DNA of 57,805 bases from Octopus sinensis (GCF_006345805.1 NW_021833583.1:1-57805), one strand, 5' to 3'; positions 12,640-25,316 are shown, numbered from the stretch's first letter. The notes: a model not told the origin generated them from the sequence alone. Made by a program: numbers and translations.

Positions 12640-15400
12640 TGGTGAGACCCTTATATCGCTGAGAACAACATTGTACGCTTCGATATGTAGTGATGACTTG
12701 TGTGGAGTGCAGAATGGCCGACTGGGCATACTGCACACTCCAATTTCCAGTCTATTTTTGTATGCCTTTTGATTCCGGTGCCATTCGCATGCACATATTG
12801 TTGGTGTTATCCATCCAAGCGATGGTTAAAGCAAGTGACGTTACTGAAGTTGCAGTTATTTGTCCTTATGCTTGTCTAGACAGACTGAGAGAAATATTGC
12901 TTTTAGAATGACGTTGTGATAGTGACATGCTGTGTTCTTCCTGTGCCTGGATGCTGGATGTGAATTGTCATATAAAATCAGGGACTGTCAGTATTGGAGT
13001 TTCTCTTTATCTTTTAGTCAGGAAGGAAGTCAGTGCTCATGACCCCCTTAGAAGGTCTTCAAGGCTGATAGAAGGGGGAGAAGAAGTTATTCTCAAATCA
13101 GAGACCTTAGCGGAATGCTTACAATCCGGTGGGATTCGCTAAAAGCATCCAGACTACCAGGTGACGATGTTAAACTGGGATTAAGTCTACCATCCTTGTA
13201 GGACATGTCAGGATTTGAAGTCAGAACGCAAAGAACCGGAAAAAATACCTTAAAACATCTGGTCCTATGTTCTTATAGTTCTGCCAATCCGCCACACCAG
13301 AATGTTGAAGAAAGGTAAAGTTGATCTCGGTAGCATTTGAACTCAGAACGCATAGAAGCTGAATAAATATCACGTGGAATTTTATCAAATGATCTAAAGA
13401 CTCTGTTAATTCATTGTTCAGTGAGTATCCAGGGGTCCTTCATTTACAGCACTTTCGTTTCATTGTGTAGACGGTCTATAAATATCCCACACAATGCATG
13501 ATGAGCTGTTTCGTATTTTTTGTGTTCACTGTGAAATTGTGAGCCGGGCAGGACTGATACAAACCATGATGAACCTGATGCATTGTTATACACCATGGTT
13601 GCTGTTTCTTTCTGTTGGTGAAACGTGGTATCTATAATTATGCGTCTTTTAGCCTTCTCTATCACATCTTCTATGTGTGTTTTGAATGCTGTAATGTTAA
13701 TAGTCTTTAACATCTGGTGTGTTTACGTTCTGTGAAGGTGCGTGGCTTAATGGTTAGGGTATTCGGTTTACGATCCTAAGATTGTGAGTTCAATTTCCGA
13801 CAACGTGTTGTGTCCTTGAGCAAGACTCTTTATTTTACGTTGCTTCAGTCCATTCAGCTAGCAAAAATGAATAGTACCTGTAATTCAAAGGGGCCAACCT
13901 CGTCACACTTAATCTCCCTGAGAACTACGTTAAGAGCACACGTGTTTGTGGAGTGCTCAGCCACTTGCACGTTAATTTCACGAGCAGGCTGTTTAATTAA
14001 TCGGATCAACTGTAACACTCGTCGTCGTAACTGACGGAGTGCCATATATATTTACGTTCTGTATGTGTGATGTGCTTTAAGTTGTGTGTGAATGTTGGTT
14101 GCATTTTGGCGTTCTTTGGTTTTACTGGTAATTAGTTTGCAAGTCAACGTCTAGGACTGTTTCTGAAGGTGGCTTTGAACAATTTTGTATGAATGCAAAG
14201 TGGAGAATAGAATTGAAAGCTTCCCTAATATCGATCGTAGTTCAATTGTGAAATTGAGAGCCCGGGCAGGACTGATACAATCCATGATGGACCTGATGCA
14301 TTGTTATACACCATGGTTGCTGTTTCTTTCTGTTGGTGAAACGTGGTATCTGTAATATGAGTTGTAACGTTGAAGCCATCATATATTTTCTGTGTTCAGT
14401 TTGTGGACATTGTAATAGCGAAATGTAAAGAGCTTAAACTATTTAGATAGATGAGCGTGTGAAAAAGTGATATTGAGGTCTAGCCTTTGTAGAATTTTTG
14501 AACGCGTGCATGGAAGGGCGATAGATCAGAATGAACGTGAGGCTCTTAGATTTTTGGTAGAATTGTTATAGTTTTGCTCAGCTTTGATATTCTAGAAATT
14601 TGCCAGCACTGACCCGAATAGTTGGTGAGTGTCGCGATTGCTTCATGCCTTGATTATTTTAAGTGTAGCTTGTAGCTTGTAGCGTCAGGTGTTATGCTTG
14701 TGATTTTAAATGTATGTTCGTAATTTCGTCCGGCCCTAAAGCTTTTCAGTTTTTAGATTTCCCTAATGCTTTTTAGGAGTCTCGTGGAAAGAGAAAGCCA
14801 AAATTTCAGTCCTAGGTACAAGTTGTGTGGAGGGTTGATTTTCAAGAAATATCTAAAAGTATTGTAGTATAGGCATGTTACTTGAAGTTGTTATTGACAC
14901 AAGGGGTGTGGTGTAACTCGTTATTTTTAATACTACTAATTACTCTACACGGTATTTTGTTGTTAGCTTAATAGTTTATGCTAAATATAAATGATTGCCA
15001 GGTTTCTATTTTAATATTTTGTTATTTCTTTTTATAGTTTTTTGATGTTGAGATTTGCTGAGTGTATGTTGGATTGTTGTGTTAGAGGTGGTTTCTGGTT
15101 TTTATGAGATTGGTTATTTCTAATGTGTAATTGGGCTGTATTTTTTATGTTGCCTTGTGGAGTATGTCTTTCTTTTATTTTCATTGCGTCTATAATTATT
15201 TTGTTGTGTGTACGTATTGCAGTATCTACGTTATTGATTGTGTTGTTGGATTCTGAAAACCTTGATCTCTTTCTGGGTGGTACTCGTTCTATTGCTCTTT
15301 TTCTTAAATTTGTAAAAATTTGTAAAAGTGCTTTTGTTTCCTTAATTAATGTACGAGTGTGCAGTGATAATTATTAGTAGGTGGTCTGAGGTTGGAGAAT
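12640..15400 (-). mobile_element. Highly decayed non-LTR retrotransposon with restriction-like endonuclease, probably CRE-like
   Basis: Minus-strand peptide remnants in the expected order: LYLGLKF (~14810), ASGSSWFVSVLP, HALCG..RLHNE (13444-13713), ETPIL, FSNVTCFN, K.AYKNRLEI (12740-13005). These resemble CRE-type SSWL..LP / RHNE / EP.L / FDV..FN / KKR.Y..R motifs. Assessed by eye only. Confidence 0.45.
13732..14050 (+). mobile_element. SINE family C variant 2 with target-site duplication TTTACGTTCT(GT)
   Basis: TSD at 13722-13731 and 14051-14060. tRNA-like head plus CORE-like segment. Confidence 0.85.
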
Positions 15401-15411
15401 TGTTTTCCAAG

Positions 15412-15745
15412 AAGGCGCGTGGATCAGTGGTTAGAGCGTCGAGCTTACGATCGTGAGGTTGTGAGCTCGAATCCCGGACCGGGCTGCGTGTTGTGTTCTT
15501 GAGCAAGACACTTTATTTCACGTTGCTCCAGTTCACTCAGCTGTAGAAATGAGTTGCGACGTCACAGGTGCCAAGCTGTATCGGCCCTTGCCTTTCCCTT
15601 GGACAACATCGGTGACGTGGAGAGGGGAGACCGGTATGCATGGGCGACTGCTGGTCTTCCATAAAACAACCTTGCCCAGACTTGTGCCTCAGAGGGTAAC
15701 TCTCTAGGTGCAAACCCATGGTCAGTGTCTGACCGAAGGGGGTCA
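15412..15745 (+). mobile_element. SINE family C variant 3
   Basis: tRNA-like head (TGGATCAGTGG...GCTCGAATCCC) and CORE-like segment. Homologous over its full length to 34768-35096. Confidence 0.85.
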
Positions 15746-15971
15746 AAAAAAAAATAGTATCCAAGCTGTTGTTATTGGCTTGAAGAAGTATGCATGCGTT
15801 GGTTTGAATTGTTTCAGATGTGATGGGAACTGAGATGATATTGCACTACATCTTTCTTATGTATACTCTTTGAAAACCAGATGTGCGCATTAAAGTTTTT
15901 TTTTTTTTCAATTGTAGCATTTGTGAACGTGCTAAAGTTTTGTAGTTGGGCCTGTTGGTGAAGGATTTATA

Positions 15972-16384
15972 TACTCTTTTACTCTTTACTCGTTTACTTG
16001 TTTCAGTCATGTGACTGTGGTCATGCTGGAGCACTGACTTTAGTCGAGCAAATCGACCCCAGGACTTATTCTTTGTAAGCCTAGTACTTATTCTATCGGT
16101 CTCTTTTGCCGAACCGCTAAGTTACGAGGTGGGGGTGGGGGGACAAACACAGACATACAAACATATACACACACATACATATATACGACGGGCTTCTTTC
16201 AGTTTGCGTCTACCAAATCCACTCACAAGGCTTTGGTCAGCTTAATGTTATAGTAGAAGACACTTGCCCAAGGTGCCACGCAGTGGGACTGAACCTGGAA
16301 CCATTTGGTTCGTAAGCAAGCTACTTACCACACAGCCACTCCTACGCCTATAGCTACGTACCACACAGCCACTCCTACGCCTAT
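15972..16384 (-). mobile_element. SINE family A, full length, with duplicated 5' tip
   Basis: Collinear with other A copies. TACCACACAGCCACTCCTACGCCTAT occurs twice (16326-16351, 16359-16384). Confidence 0.88.
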
Positions 16385-16499
16385 GTATTTATCATTATAT
16401 GACTGGTTAAATGAGCCGTCAAGGTGAAACAAAATCCCATTCAATACGAAATCTATATATAATTCATGGGATTCTACTTTCAATATTAAGCCACGTCCA

Positions 16500-16984
16500 T
16501 AAGGCGGCGACTTGGTAGAATCGTTAGCACAATGGACAAAATGCCTAGCGGTGTTTCCTCCGTCTTTACGTTCTGAGTTCAAATTCCGCCGACGTCGATT
16601 TTACCTTTCATCCTTTCGGGGGTCAATAAAATAAGTACCTGTTGGGTACTGGGGTTGATATAATCAACTCATCCACTTCCCTGAAATTACTGGTCTTATA
16701 TCAAAATTTGAAACTAATATTAAGTCGCCCCATCAGTAAATATTATGCTACCTTTCATAAAATTACTTTAAGATAATCATTTCTATTATAAGCACAAGGT
16801 CTGAAATTTGGTGTGGAGGGATGATCGATCATATCGGCCCAGTGCGTAACTGGTACTTCTTTAATCGACTCCGAAAGAATGAAAGGTAAAGTCGACTTCG
16901 GCGGAATATCGAACTCAGAACGTAACGAAATACCGCTCAGCATCTCGACCAGCGTGCTAACAATTCTGCCAGCTCGCTGCCTTT
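16500..16984. mobile_element. Inverted pair of SINE B copies (16500-16720 plus; 16778-16984 minus)
   Basis: Both carry the AAGGC..CGA..TGG.AGAA head and GTCGA...TTTCAT.CTTTCGG core, in opposite orientations. Confidence 0.85.
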
Positions 16985-17101
16985 AAAATGATAACCTTAA
17001 ATTACTATTTCTATGTATATTTTGTTAATGAGTCTCGTAGTACTAATTTTGATTGGTTTATTTATTTGTGAAAACCTGAGTCTCTTGTGTAGTGTCAAAC
17101 C

Positions 17102-17154
<53 letters not shown>

Positions 17155-17590
17155 TCAAAATTTAAACAGAAACAGAACAAAGGAACAAGCCGAAATTTCA
17201 CTCATCAGTTATCGTCCAAAAAATTTCACGCCGATAACGTTAATATTGTTCACTTTTGGTGGCGTCAACAGCGAGATGCTGGGAACAGCGAACGAACGTT
17301 GGCGACAGAGACGAAACAAAATATGAATTTGTGTGTGTGTAGGTACTATGTATAAATATATATATGCGCGCACGCGCACACATTCGCACATATGTGTGTG
17401 TATATATATATATATTTATATATTAATAGTTATCGCCAAGTTAACATGGCAGTCCAGAAAAATAGGACGAATGCTGCCGTTGATTAACTCCAAGAGGCCA
17501 TCGCCTCTTGCTAGCTACGTGACACATGAACCTGTGTCCATTACAACCTTCGAACAGGGGAGGTCAGGCGCCTCCCCTTGCCGGTCTGGC

Positions 17591-17635
17591 CTCTACAGAC
17601 TAGTTTCAGGATATTTGCTCCTTATCAATGTAGAG
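17591..17635 (-). ncRNA. Type-I minimal hammerhead ribozyme with U3-A8 variant core
   Basis: Minus strand reads CUCUACA-UUGAUAA-GGA(GCAAAUA)UCC-U-GAAAC-UA-GUC-UGUAGAG: 7-bp stem I, 3-bp stem II, palindromic ACUAGU stem III and a GUC cleavage triplet. Confidence 0.75.
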
Positions 17636-18564
17636 TAGCTGAACCATACAGGTGTGTGTGAGAGAGAGAGAGAGAGAGACAGCCACAGATAGATAGAAAT
17701 ACGATGGGCTTCCACCTAGTTTCTGTCTACCAAATTCACTTACAAGGCAATTTGGTAGGGCCCTGAGGCTATAGTATAAGACACTTGTTCAAAGGTGCCG
17801 CACAGTGGGACGGAGCCCGAACGACGCAGTTGCAAAGCGAGTTTCTTAGCCAGATAGGCATGGCTGCACCTAAGTAAATACATTGGCTCAACTATGTCCA
17901 CTTGTTTACTTGTATTTATCCTTAACCTTTTTTTAAAAATTGTAATGAGAAATACCCAGACAAGTTTATAGCCATTTAAGTGTTCTGTACTAATTGTACA
18001 CCCACAAATGCCTCGTGCTTGGCTGGTCTAAAACCTCAAGTCCACCCCCATCCTAAAGAATTTCTCCGTAAGGAATGTCTTCACGTCATAGTCATTTTAA
18101 ATTACATCGAGTAAATGTTAACACATAAATATGGTATTTATTAAATAGTCTGGCTAAGGCTGGGAAATGTATAACTGTTTGTGCAAAACCCGCGGTTAAA
18201 TCAACTAAAGCATAAAAGATATCCACAAAATGTGCTCGCACGAAGTCTAATAAACATGATATCTTGAAATTATTAATATTTCGCTACATTTCCCCACTTA
18301 AAATTTTCATTTGAAAACTATTTAAATCCTAGTTATGCTATATATTTAGGACAGCTTAACTCATATACATGTTCTATATGAATATCTGCTCCATTGATTT
18401 TGTGATGTTATTTACAATAAACAGTGACTACCATGGATTAGAAAAATTAATAAATATATAAAATAAAAAGAAAGTATAAGTTGCCAGTAAGTACTCGACC
18501 CGGTCTAGATTTCTAGCTTATACTCATATAAAAGGCATCAATTCCACAACATTCTGACTTTTTG

Positions 18565-18940
18565 AGGAGACCTATTGAGTCAAGTACATCAACATCAAAA
18601 TAAATATCAAATGGAAATTGTAATTGTGATACTTGTGCCGGTGGCACGTAAAAAGCATCATCCAAACGTGGCCGATGCTAGCGCCGCCCTGACTGGCTTC
18701 TGTGCCAGTGGCATGTAAAAAGCACCGTCTGAATGTGGCCGCTGCCAGCCTCCCCTGGCACATAAAAAGCACCCACTACACTCATGGAGTGGTTGGCGTT
18801 AAGAAGGGCATCAAGCTGTAGAAACACTGCCAGATCAGACTGGAGCCTGGTGCAGCCTCCTGGCTTCTCAGACTCCGGTCGAACCATCCAACCCATGCTA
18901 GCACTGAAAATGGACATTAAACGATGATGATGATGATGAT
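18565..18940 (+). mobile_element. RTE-type LINE 3' UTR (family D) with (GAT)n tail
   Basis: GGTTGGCGTTA.GAAGGGCATC.AGCTGTAGAAAC...CCATGCTAGCA..GAAA..GGAC.TTAAACGATGAT, homologous to 43028-43535. Confidence 0.8.
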
Positions 18941-19190
18941 CTTAGAGCCATCTCTATACACTGGCTGATATTTCTAATATATCAGCTACTTTAATATGAC
19001 TAGCTAGCTCTTGAGTGCCTTTTAAGGAAGACCACCTAGTCGCAAGTATTCGGGCAACCTCATTAGATAGAAGCTTATAAATACAAGCTAACAGTGTGTA
19101 TAGAAATCCAGAGCTTTCCCCGCAAAGAAAACTTTGCAACAGTAACAGAAACTCTTGAGAGAATTTGTTTGTCGTGGAGTATGATACACA

Positions 19191-19406
19191 AGTCCAGGAA
19201 TAGAAGTGTTGCCAATATTTATTCTTTCATTACAATCGTTTCAGCAATACATGGTTCAGAACTTTAATGAGTTAAGCATGGATCACATGCAATATTTTGG
19301 AATAATACATATTTTTCATATTCATAATGTACCTGAACTAAGTATTATTGAAACGATTGTAATAAAAACAAAATCAATGTAACACCAACACCTCTATTCT
19401 TGGACT
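19191..19406. repeat. Fold-back (imperfect inverted repeat) element of about 215 bp
   Basis: AGTCCAGGAATAGAAGTGTT pairs with AACACCTCTATTCTTGGACT, and ATTACAATCGTTTCAGCAATAC pairs with GTATTATTGAAACGATTGTAAT. Followed by (TA)n. Confidence 0.85.
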
Positions 19407-19544
19407 ATATATATATATATATATAGATTCAGTTGAATATGGTCTTTAAGTTAAAGGCACCAGAATTTAGTATGGTATTATCCATATAATTATGTACTGC
19501 ATTACCTCTGGATATCCTTGTTGCTTGTTGCTTGTTGATTATAT

Positions 19545-19625
<81 letters not shown>

Positions 19626-20104
19626 ATATATATTATATATAATATATATATATATAATATATATATATATATATGTATGTATGTATATAGCAGAGTATAG
19701 TGACTGTAATTAAGGAAAAATAGTGCTGAAATTCAATATTATTGGTAAATGTACAATGTAGCTTTGAAAGCCGTATGTGCCTCATGAAACACAATTTGAC
19801 CACTACTGACATAGTTATTACATTAATTTTGCTGTTGCCACAAAATTCCGAAAGAAAAACATGGATGTTAAAATTTGGGGGCTTTAGATGATATAACTAA
19901 TTATTGTGAAAATACATAGAAATTTGATCCGCTGTTATTTTTCAATCTCGGATAACCTTTGATGAAGTACATCTGTGATCAAACATATTGTAGCCGTAAT
20001 TATCTTCTTTTTTTTTAATGTATCGAAGACTGTGTCCTTTAAATTTTCTGGGTGTGATTTGGGGTGAGATTTTGCTGCTGTTGAAAAATAGGATCACATG
20101 CGGT

Positions 20105-21100
20105 TGTATCGTATAGGAGACACGGTCGCACGTGGTCATATTCTTAATGATTTTACAGACCATATAATACATACAGCGGCATTAGAACACAGGTGGAATG
20201 ACAACAAGATTTCTTTTTGAGATATATACATTATTTATTTTACATATTTTACAATCGTGTAAATTTTAAGAGTTCGTAAGCGTTAGCCTGTTTTTGTGTC
20301 TGTGTGTTCGTGAGGCATAAAAGGTACTGACTATAGAATTAACAATGGAATTCGGTTCACAGTTCATGTTGTTGGTATCAGCATAGCAACAGGTAGTAGC
20401 AGATGGCTTAAGGTAGTTCTTAGAAGAACTAGGACTCAAGACAGATAATTGATTTACCGTTTATGAGGTACACGGAGTGTGAGTTCCATATCAAGATGTT
20501 GCGTCTCGTAGTTGAGATTAATTGAATCACTTGTGTTTTATCTTTCTCTTGATATGAATATACTTCCAGATATATTTACTGTAGCCGTTTTTCCCGTGGT
20601 GAGATTTTCACCTAACCGCTAGAGTTGAATCCGTAGTTGTCTTGTGTACAAATTAAATCTTCGTAGATAAAGACGATGTTAGCGATGACGTCGTGTCTGT
20701 CGCTTGGTTTTTGCAGCGCCTTCATTATATGTTCTGCTTGGTTATTTTTCTCTTGATATAATGGTGGTCGCCTGCCTTTCGAACTGGAACATGGTCGAGT
20801 ATGCTCTGTGTGGTCAGAGGTCCGCCCTGAAAAGGACTGTAACCTAAGACGAGCTCTGTGGTCAGAGGTTAGCCCTGAGAAGGACTAGAAACCTAAGACG
20901 AAAGGTGTTTGAAAACATTCCCTTATATATTGTTTGGGTGCCTCAAACTAATTTCAGAAATGGAAAGCTGTGGTTGGCTGCTTGGAACAAATGGCGCGAA
21001 AATAAGCGGAGGCAAATCGCGTCACATGACAACCAGCGGTGCGAACGTAGTAGAGACCACTCGTGTCACATGTCAACCAATCGGATTAGTGTTTACAACA
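20105..21100 (-). mobile_element. Candidate solo LTR (about 1 kb)
   Basis: Minus strand reads TGTTGTAA...ACGATACA, with ATTGG, TATATAAG (20922-20929), a 49-bp tandem duplication, and AATAAA (20234-20239) about 130 nt before the end. No convincing TSD, PBS or PPT. Confidence 0.4.
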
Positions 21101-22511
21101 ATGTTAAACTAGCCGAAGATGTTTGTAATCTCGAACGAGCTTATTCTTAATACTCTTCTCAACAGTGAAGATAGCAATGAGGGAAACGATATTGCTACAG
21201 TTTAATACCTAGACAGGGCAAAAGATTGTATCCTTATGCAAAACATTTCATATCACATTGCTCCAACCCATTGACTAGTAATGAGTACCTACAGTAATAA
21301 TAGTGCAGTACCCGAGTGGTGCTCCAGCTATCGCATTCTGCATGTTCCACAGGATCATGTTTAAAGAAGTCGACAGGGTGTCTACGATTGCTCACTGCTG
21401 CAAAATTCCTTGAAACACTTAGCGTAAACATCATACATGCTACCAAGCCCTACTCGCCCCCGAGTGATGGCTGGTTGCACTCGATCCCTTGTTGCAAACC
21501 AAGAAAACATTTGTTAAGGAAAATATTATGTATTTCCATTACCTCCAGCAATGAGGTGTGTCTCCCATGGTACCTATTTACATACACATCTAGGTGGTCT
21601 TTGCCAGAGGCGAGCGCATCGCTAGTAATCTAGACACGAACCATTAATTCTTCGGCCGACGAGCCTATATTCTAATGACTTGGCCAGCTTCGATTCATAC
21701 TGTTCATATATTAACATACGATTTGAAATAGTAGAACTGAAAGAACTGTTTTAGTAGTAGTAGTAGTAGTAATAGTAGTAGCACCACCATTATAAAAAGT
21801 TTAAATAAAAACGCACAAGACGCAGATCAAGGATATAGCCATTAAATTCCAATTAGAAGTCAGAATATCCTCCAAGATCTAGTCATGCTTACATTCTTTG
21901 CACAGCAACTGGTCTTATGCTGGGAGCTCTGCACTCGTGGTGGGTAATCTGTATCTGTGGCTATAACACTGGTACATGAATAATATACGTATAGATATGC
22001 ATGACTGTACGAATGTGTGTGTATGTATGTGTGTGTGTGACAGAGAGAGAGAGAGAAATGTGTGTGTGTGTAGAGTCTTCTCACGCATTATGGAAGTTGT
22101 TCCTTGCGCTCTTGTAGATCTTGCCCCGTAAAAAGGGATTTTGTAAGGCGAAACCTATCTGAGCTGTTGACTTTCGTGTCACTTGGATGACAATGTACAT
22201 GGAGAATAACGAGAAAATACGTTTCGCAAAAACACACACGTTACGACTAGATTTCCATGACCGCAATGCGGTGTGGGTGCTGTGAACACACACACACAGA
22301 CACACACCCAATCACTCACAACACAGAAGTATGCGTTTATACTCACATACACACACAGAGAAAAACATATATACATACATATATATATATTATATACATG
22401 TATATTTTTCAGGCATAGATATGTGTGTATCCTTATGCACACATATTTATATAAATATGTATTTATATTATATTTATATGCATGTATCTACATACATATG
22501 TATGTGTGTAT

Positions 22512-22547
<36 letters not shown>

Positions 22548-22686
22548 CATCATCATCATCATTTAACGTCCGCTTTCCATGCTAGCATGGGTTGGACGAT
22601 TTGACTGAGGTCTGGCGAACCAGACTCCAATCTGATCTGGCAGAGTTTCTACAGCTGGATGCCCTTCCTAACGCCAACCACTCCGA
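22548..22686 (-). mobile_element. Family D (RTE 3' end) short fragment
   Basis: (CAT)n-TTTAACGTCCGCTTTCCATGCTAGCATGGGTTGGACG...GCCAACCACTCC. Confidence 0.8.
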
Positions 22687-22734
22687 TATATATACATTTA
22701 TATATATATTGCATTAAATGGAGAAGCAGTAATA

Positions 22735-23978
22735 ACTCTCTCTTTTACTCTTTTACTTGTTTCAGTCATTTGACTGCGGCCATGCTGGAGCACCGCCTTT
22801 AGTCGAGCAAATCGACCCCGGGACTTATTCTTTGTAAGCCCAGTACTTATTCTATCGGTTTCTTTTGCCGAACCGCTAAGTGACGGGCACGTAAACACAC
22901 CAGCATCGGTTGTCAAGCAATGCTAGGGGGACAAACACAGACACACAAACATATACACACACACATATATATATATACATATATACGACAGGCTTCTTTC
23001 AGTTTCCATCTACCAAATCCACTCATAAGGCATTGGTCGGCCCGGGGCTATAGCAAAAGACACTTGCCCAAGACTGAACCCGGAACCATGTGGTTGGTTA
23101 GCAAGCTACTTACCACACAGCCACTCCTGCGCCTGAAAATAAGTGAAAATTCTGTGAATAATACTCCTTTTTATTAAAGGTACAAGGCCTGAAATTTGAA
23201 GGAGGGGGAGGGGTAGAGAGGACAAGTTGATTACATCGACCCCAGTATTCCATTGGTACTTCATTTATCGACTCCGAAAGGATGAAAGGCAAAGTCGTTC
23301 TCAGCGGAATTTGAACTCAGAATGTTAAAACGGACGAAATGCCGCTAAGCATTTTACCCGGTGTGCTATCGATTCGGCCAACTCGGTGCTTTAATTCTGT
23401 AAATAACGATAATAATTATAAGCTTGATGCTTATAAGCGATCATAGTGTATTAGCTAAAGAAAATAGTCTAATATTGGGGAACATAAACCCTCGACGGAA
23501 AATAAATGGGTATTAGTAGGCACACACACACACACACACACACAGACACACACACACACACACACATATGTATATACTCTCTCTTTTACTCTTTTACTTG
23601 TTTCAGTCATTTGACTGCGGCCATGCTGGAGCACCGCCTTTAATCGAGCAACTCGACCCCGGGACTTATTCTTTGTAAGCCCAGTACTTATTCTATCAGT
23701 TTCTTTTGCCGAACCTCTAAGTGACGGGGACATAAACACACCAGCTTCGGTTGTTGGGGGGACAAACACAGACATACAAACATACACGCACACACATATA
23801 TATACATATATACGACGTGCTTCTTTCAGTTTCCGTCTACCAAATCCACTCACAAGGCTTTGGTCGGCCCGAGGCTATAAGTAGAAGACACTTGCCCAAG
23901 GTGTCACGCAGTGGGACTGAACCCAGAACCATGTGGTTGGTAAACAAGATACTTACCACACAGCCACTCCTGCGCCTA
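22735..23978 (-). mobile_element. SINE cluster: A (22735-23133), B (23158-23395), A (23575-23978)
   Basis: Each is collinear with other copies of its family in the window. Confidence 0.88.
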
Positions 23979-24374
23979 TATATGTGTATATGTATATAAA
24001 CATACATAAGCATGTAAACATTATGTGAGTCTATGCATGTGTATGCTTTTATACATGCACATAAAGAAGGAGAGCAAAATACAAACAAATAAAATAATAA
24101 AAAGCCCATCTACCGGAGGGAGTAAACTCCTGGGCACATCAAGAGCGTTCAGGAATTACCGTTTGAGGGATCTTTGTACGAAGGAGATTTGACTGGCAAA
24201 AACATTACAGAAGCAATCACAAAGTGGTAATGTAAAATAAGTTAGGAAATCTTTCTAGCATGAAGAGAATATTTTGTTATTCATTTACTTTATTTTCCAA
24301 CATGTTCTCTCTTGCCCTCTCTTCAGTTTAAATGTTTAGATACGACAAAACCACTGGATACAGCGAAATAATTG

Positions 24375-24388
24375 TGTGTGTTGTGTTT

Positions 24389-24443
<55 letters not shown>

Positions 24444-24599
24444 ATATATATATACATACATATATATATATACATACATATACATATTATAATACATATA
24501 TATATATATATATTATACACATACATATATATATATATAACACTCATATACATACATACATATATATACATATACATACATACTATATATAATATATAT

Positions 24600-24632
<33 letters not shown>

Positions 24633-24659
24633 CATACATATATATATATACATACATAC

Positions 24660-24690
<31 letters not shown>

Positions 24691-24992
24691 CACACACACA
24701 TATATATATACACACACATATATATATATGTACATACACACATATATATACATACATACATATATATATTATATATATTGGTATGTATGTATGTAGGCAT
24801 GTATGCAGGCAAGGCATGTATTTATGTATGTATATATGTGTGTGCATACTTTCATACACACACCAACACGCATATATATATATATATATATACATATACA
24901 TAGACGAACATATATATATGTAACCATACATACATACATACATTTACGCTTATATATATACACTCGCAATACACAGATATACATATATATAT
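24375..24992. repeat. Compound (TG)/(TA)/(TACA) microsatellite tract
   Basis: Seen directly. Confidence 0.95.
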
Positions 24993-25275
24993 ACCGACTT
25001 TTTTCTTCTTCAAAGCACGCAGTGTTTATATATAATAGCGGAGCCTGCTTAGAATATCAGTTTTCTGTAATGAAAATTTTCCGATTCAGTAGAGCAAGAA
25101 AAAAAAAAAGCGTAAGAAAAGTAAACGAAGAGAATATTATTTACTTTACTTTTTTTAAAAAAACAAAATAAATGACAATTTGAACTGAGCAGCATCTTTT
25201 TAAAATGACAACCTCACAAAAATCCCGAATGAAAATGTCCAAGAAGTATTTTCTGATGTATATTATTATTGCTAA

Positions 25276-25316
<41 letters not shown>

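Noticed and set aside
13564-13580. C/D-box snoRNA (ATGATGA...CTGA) in the 110-bp direct repeat
   Set aside because: The boxes are only 3 nt apart, there is no terminal stem, the second copy lacks the C box, and the sequence reads as retroelement coding remnant on the other strand.
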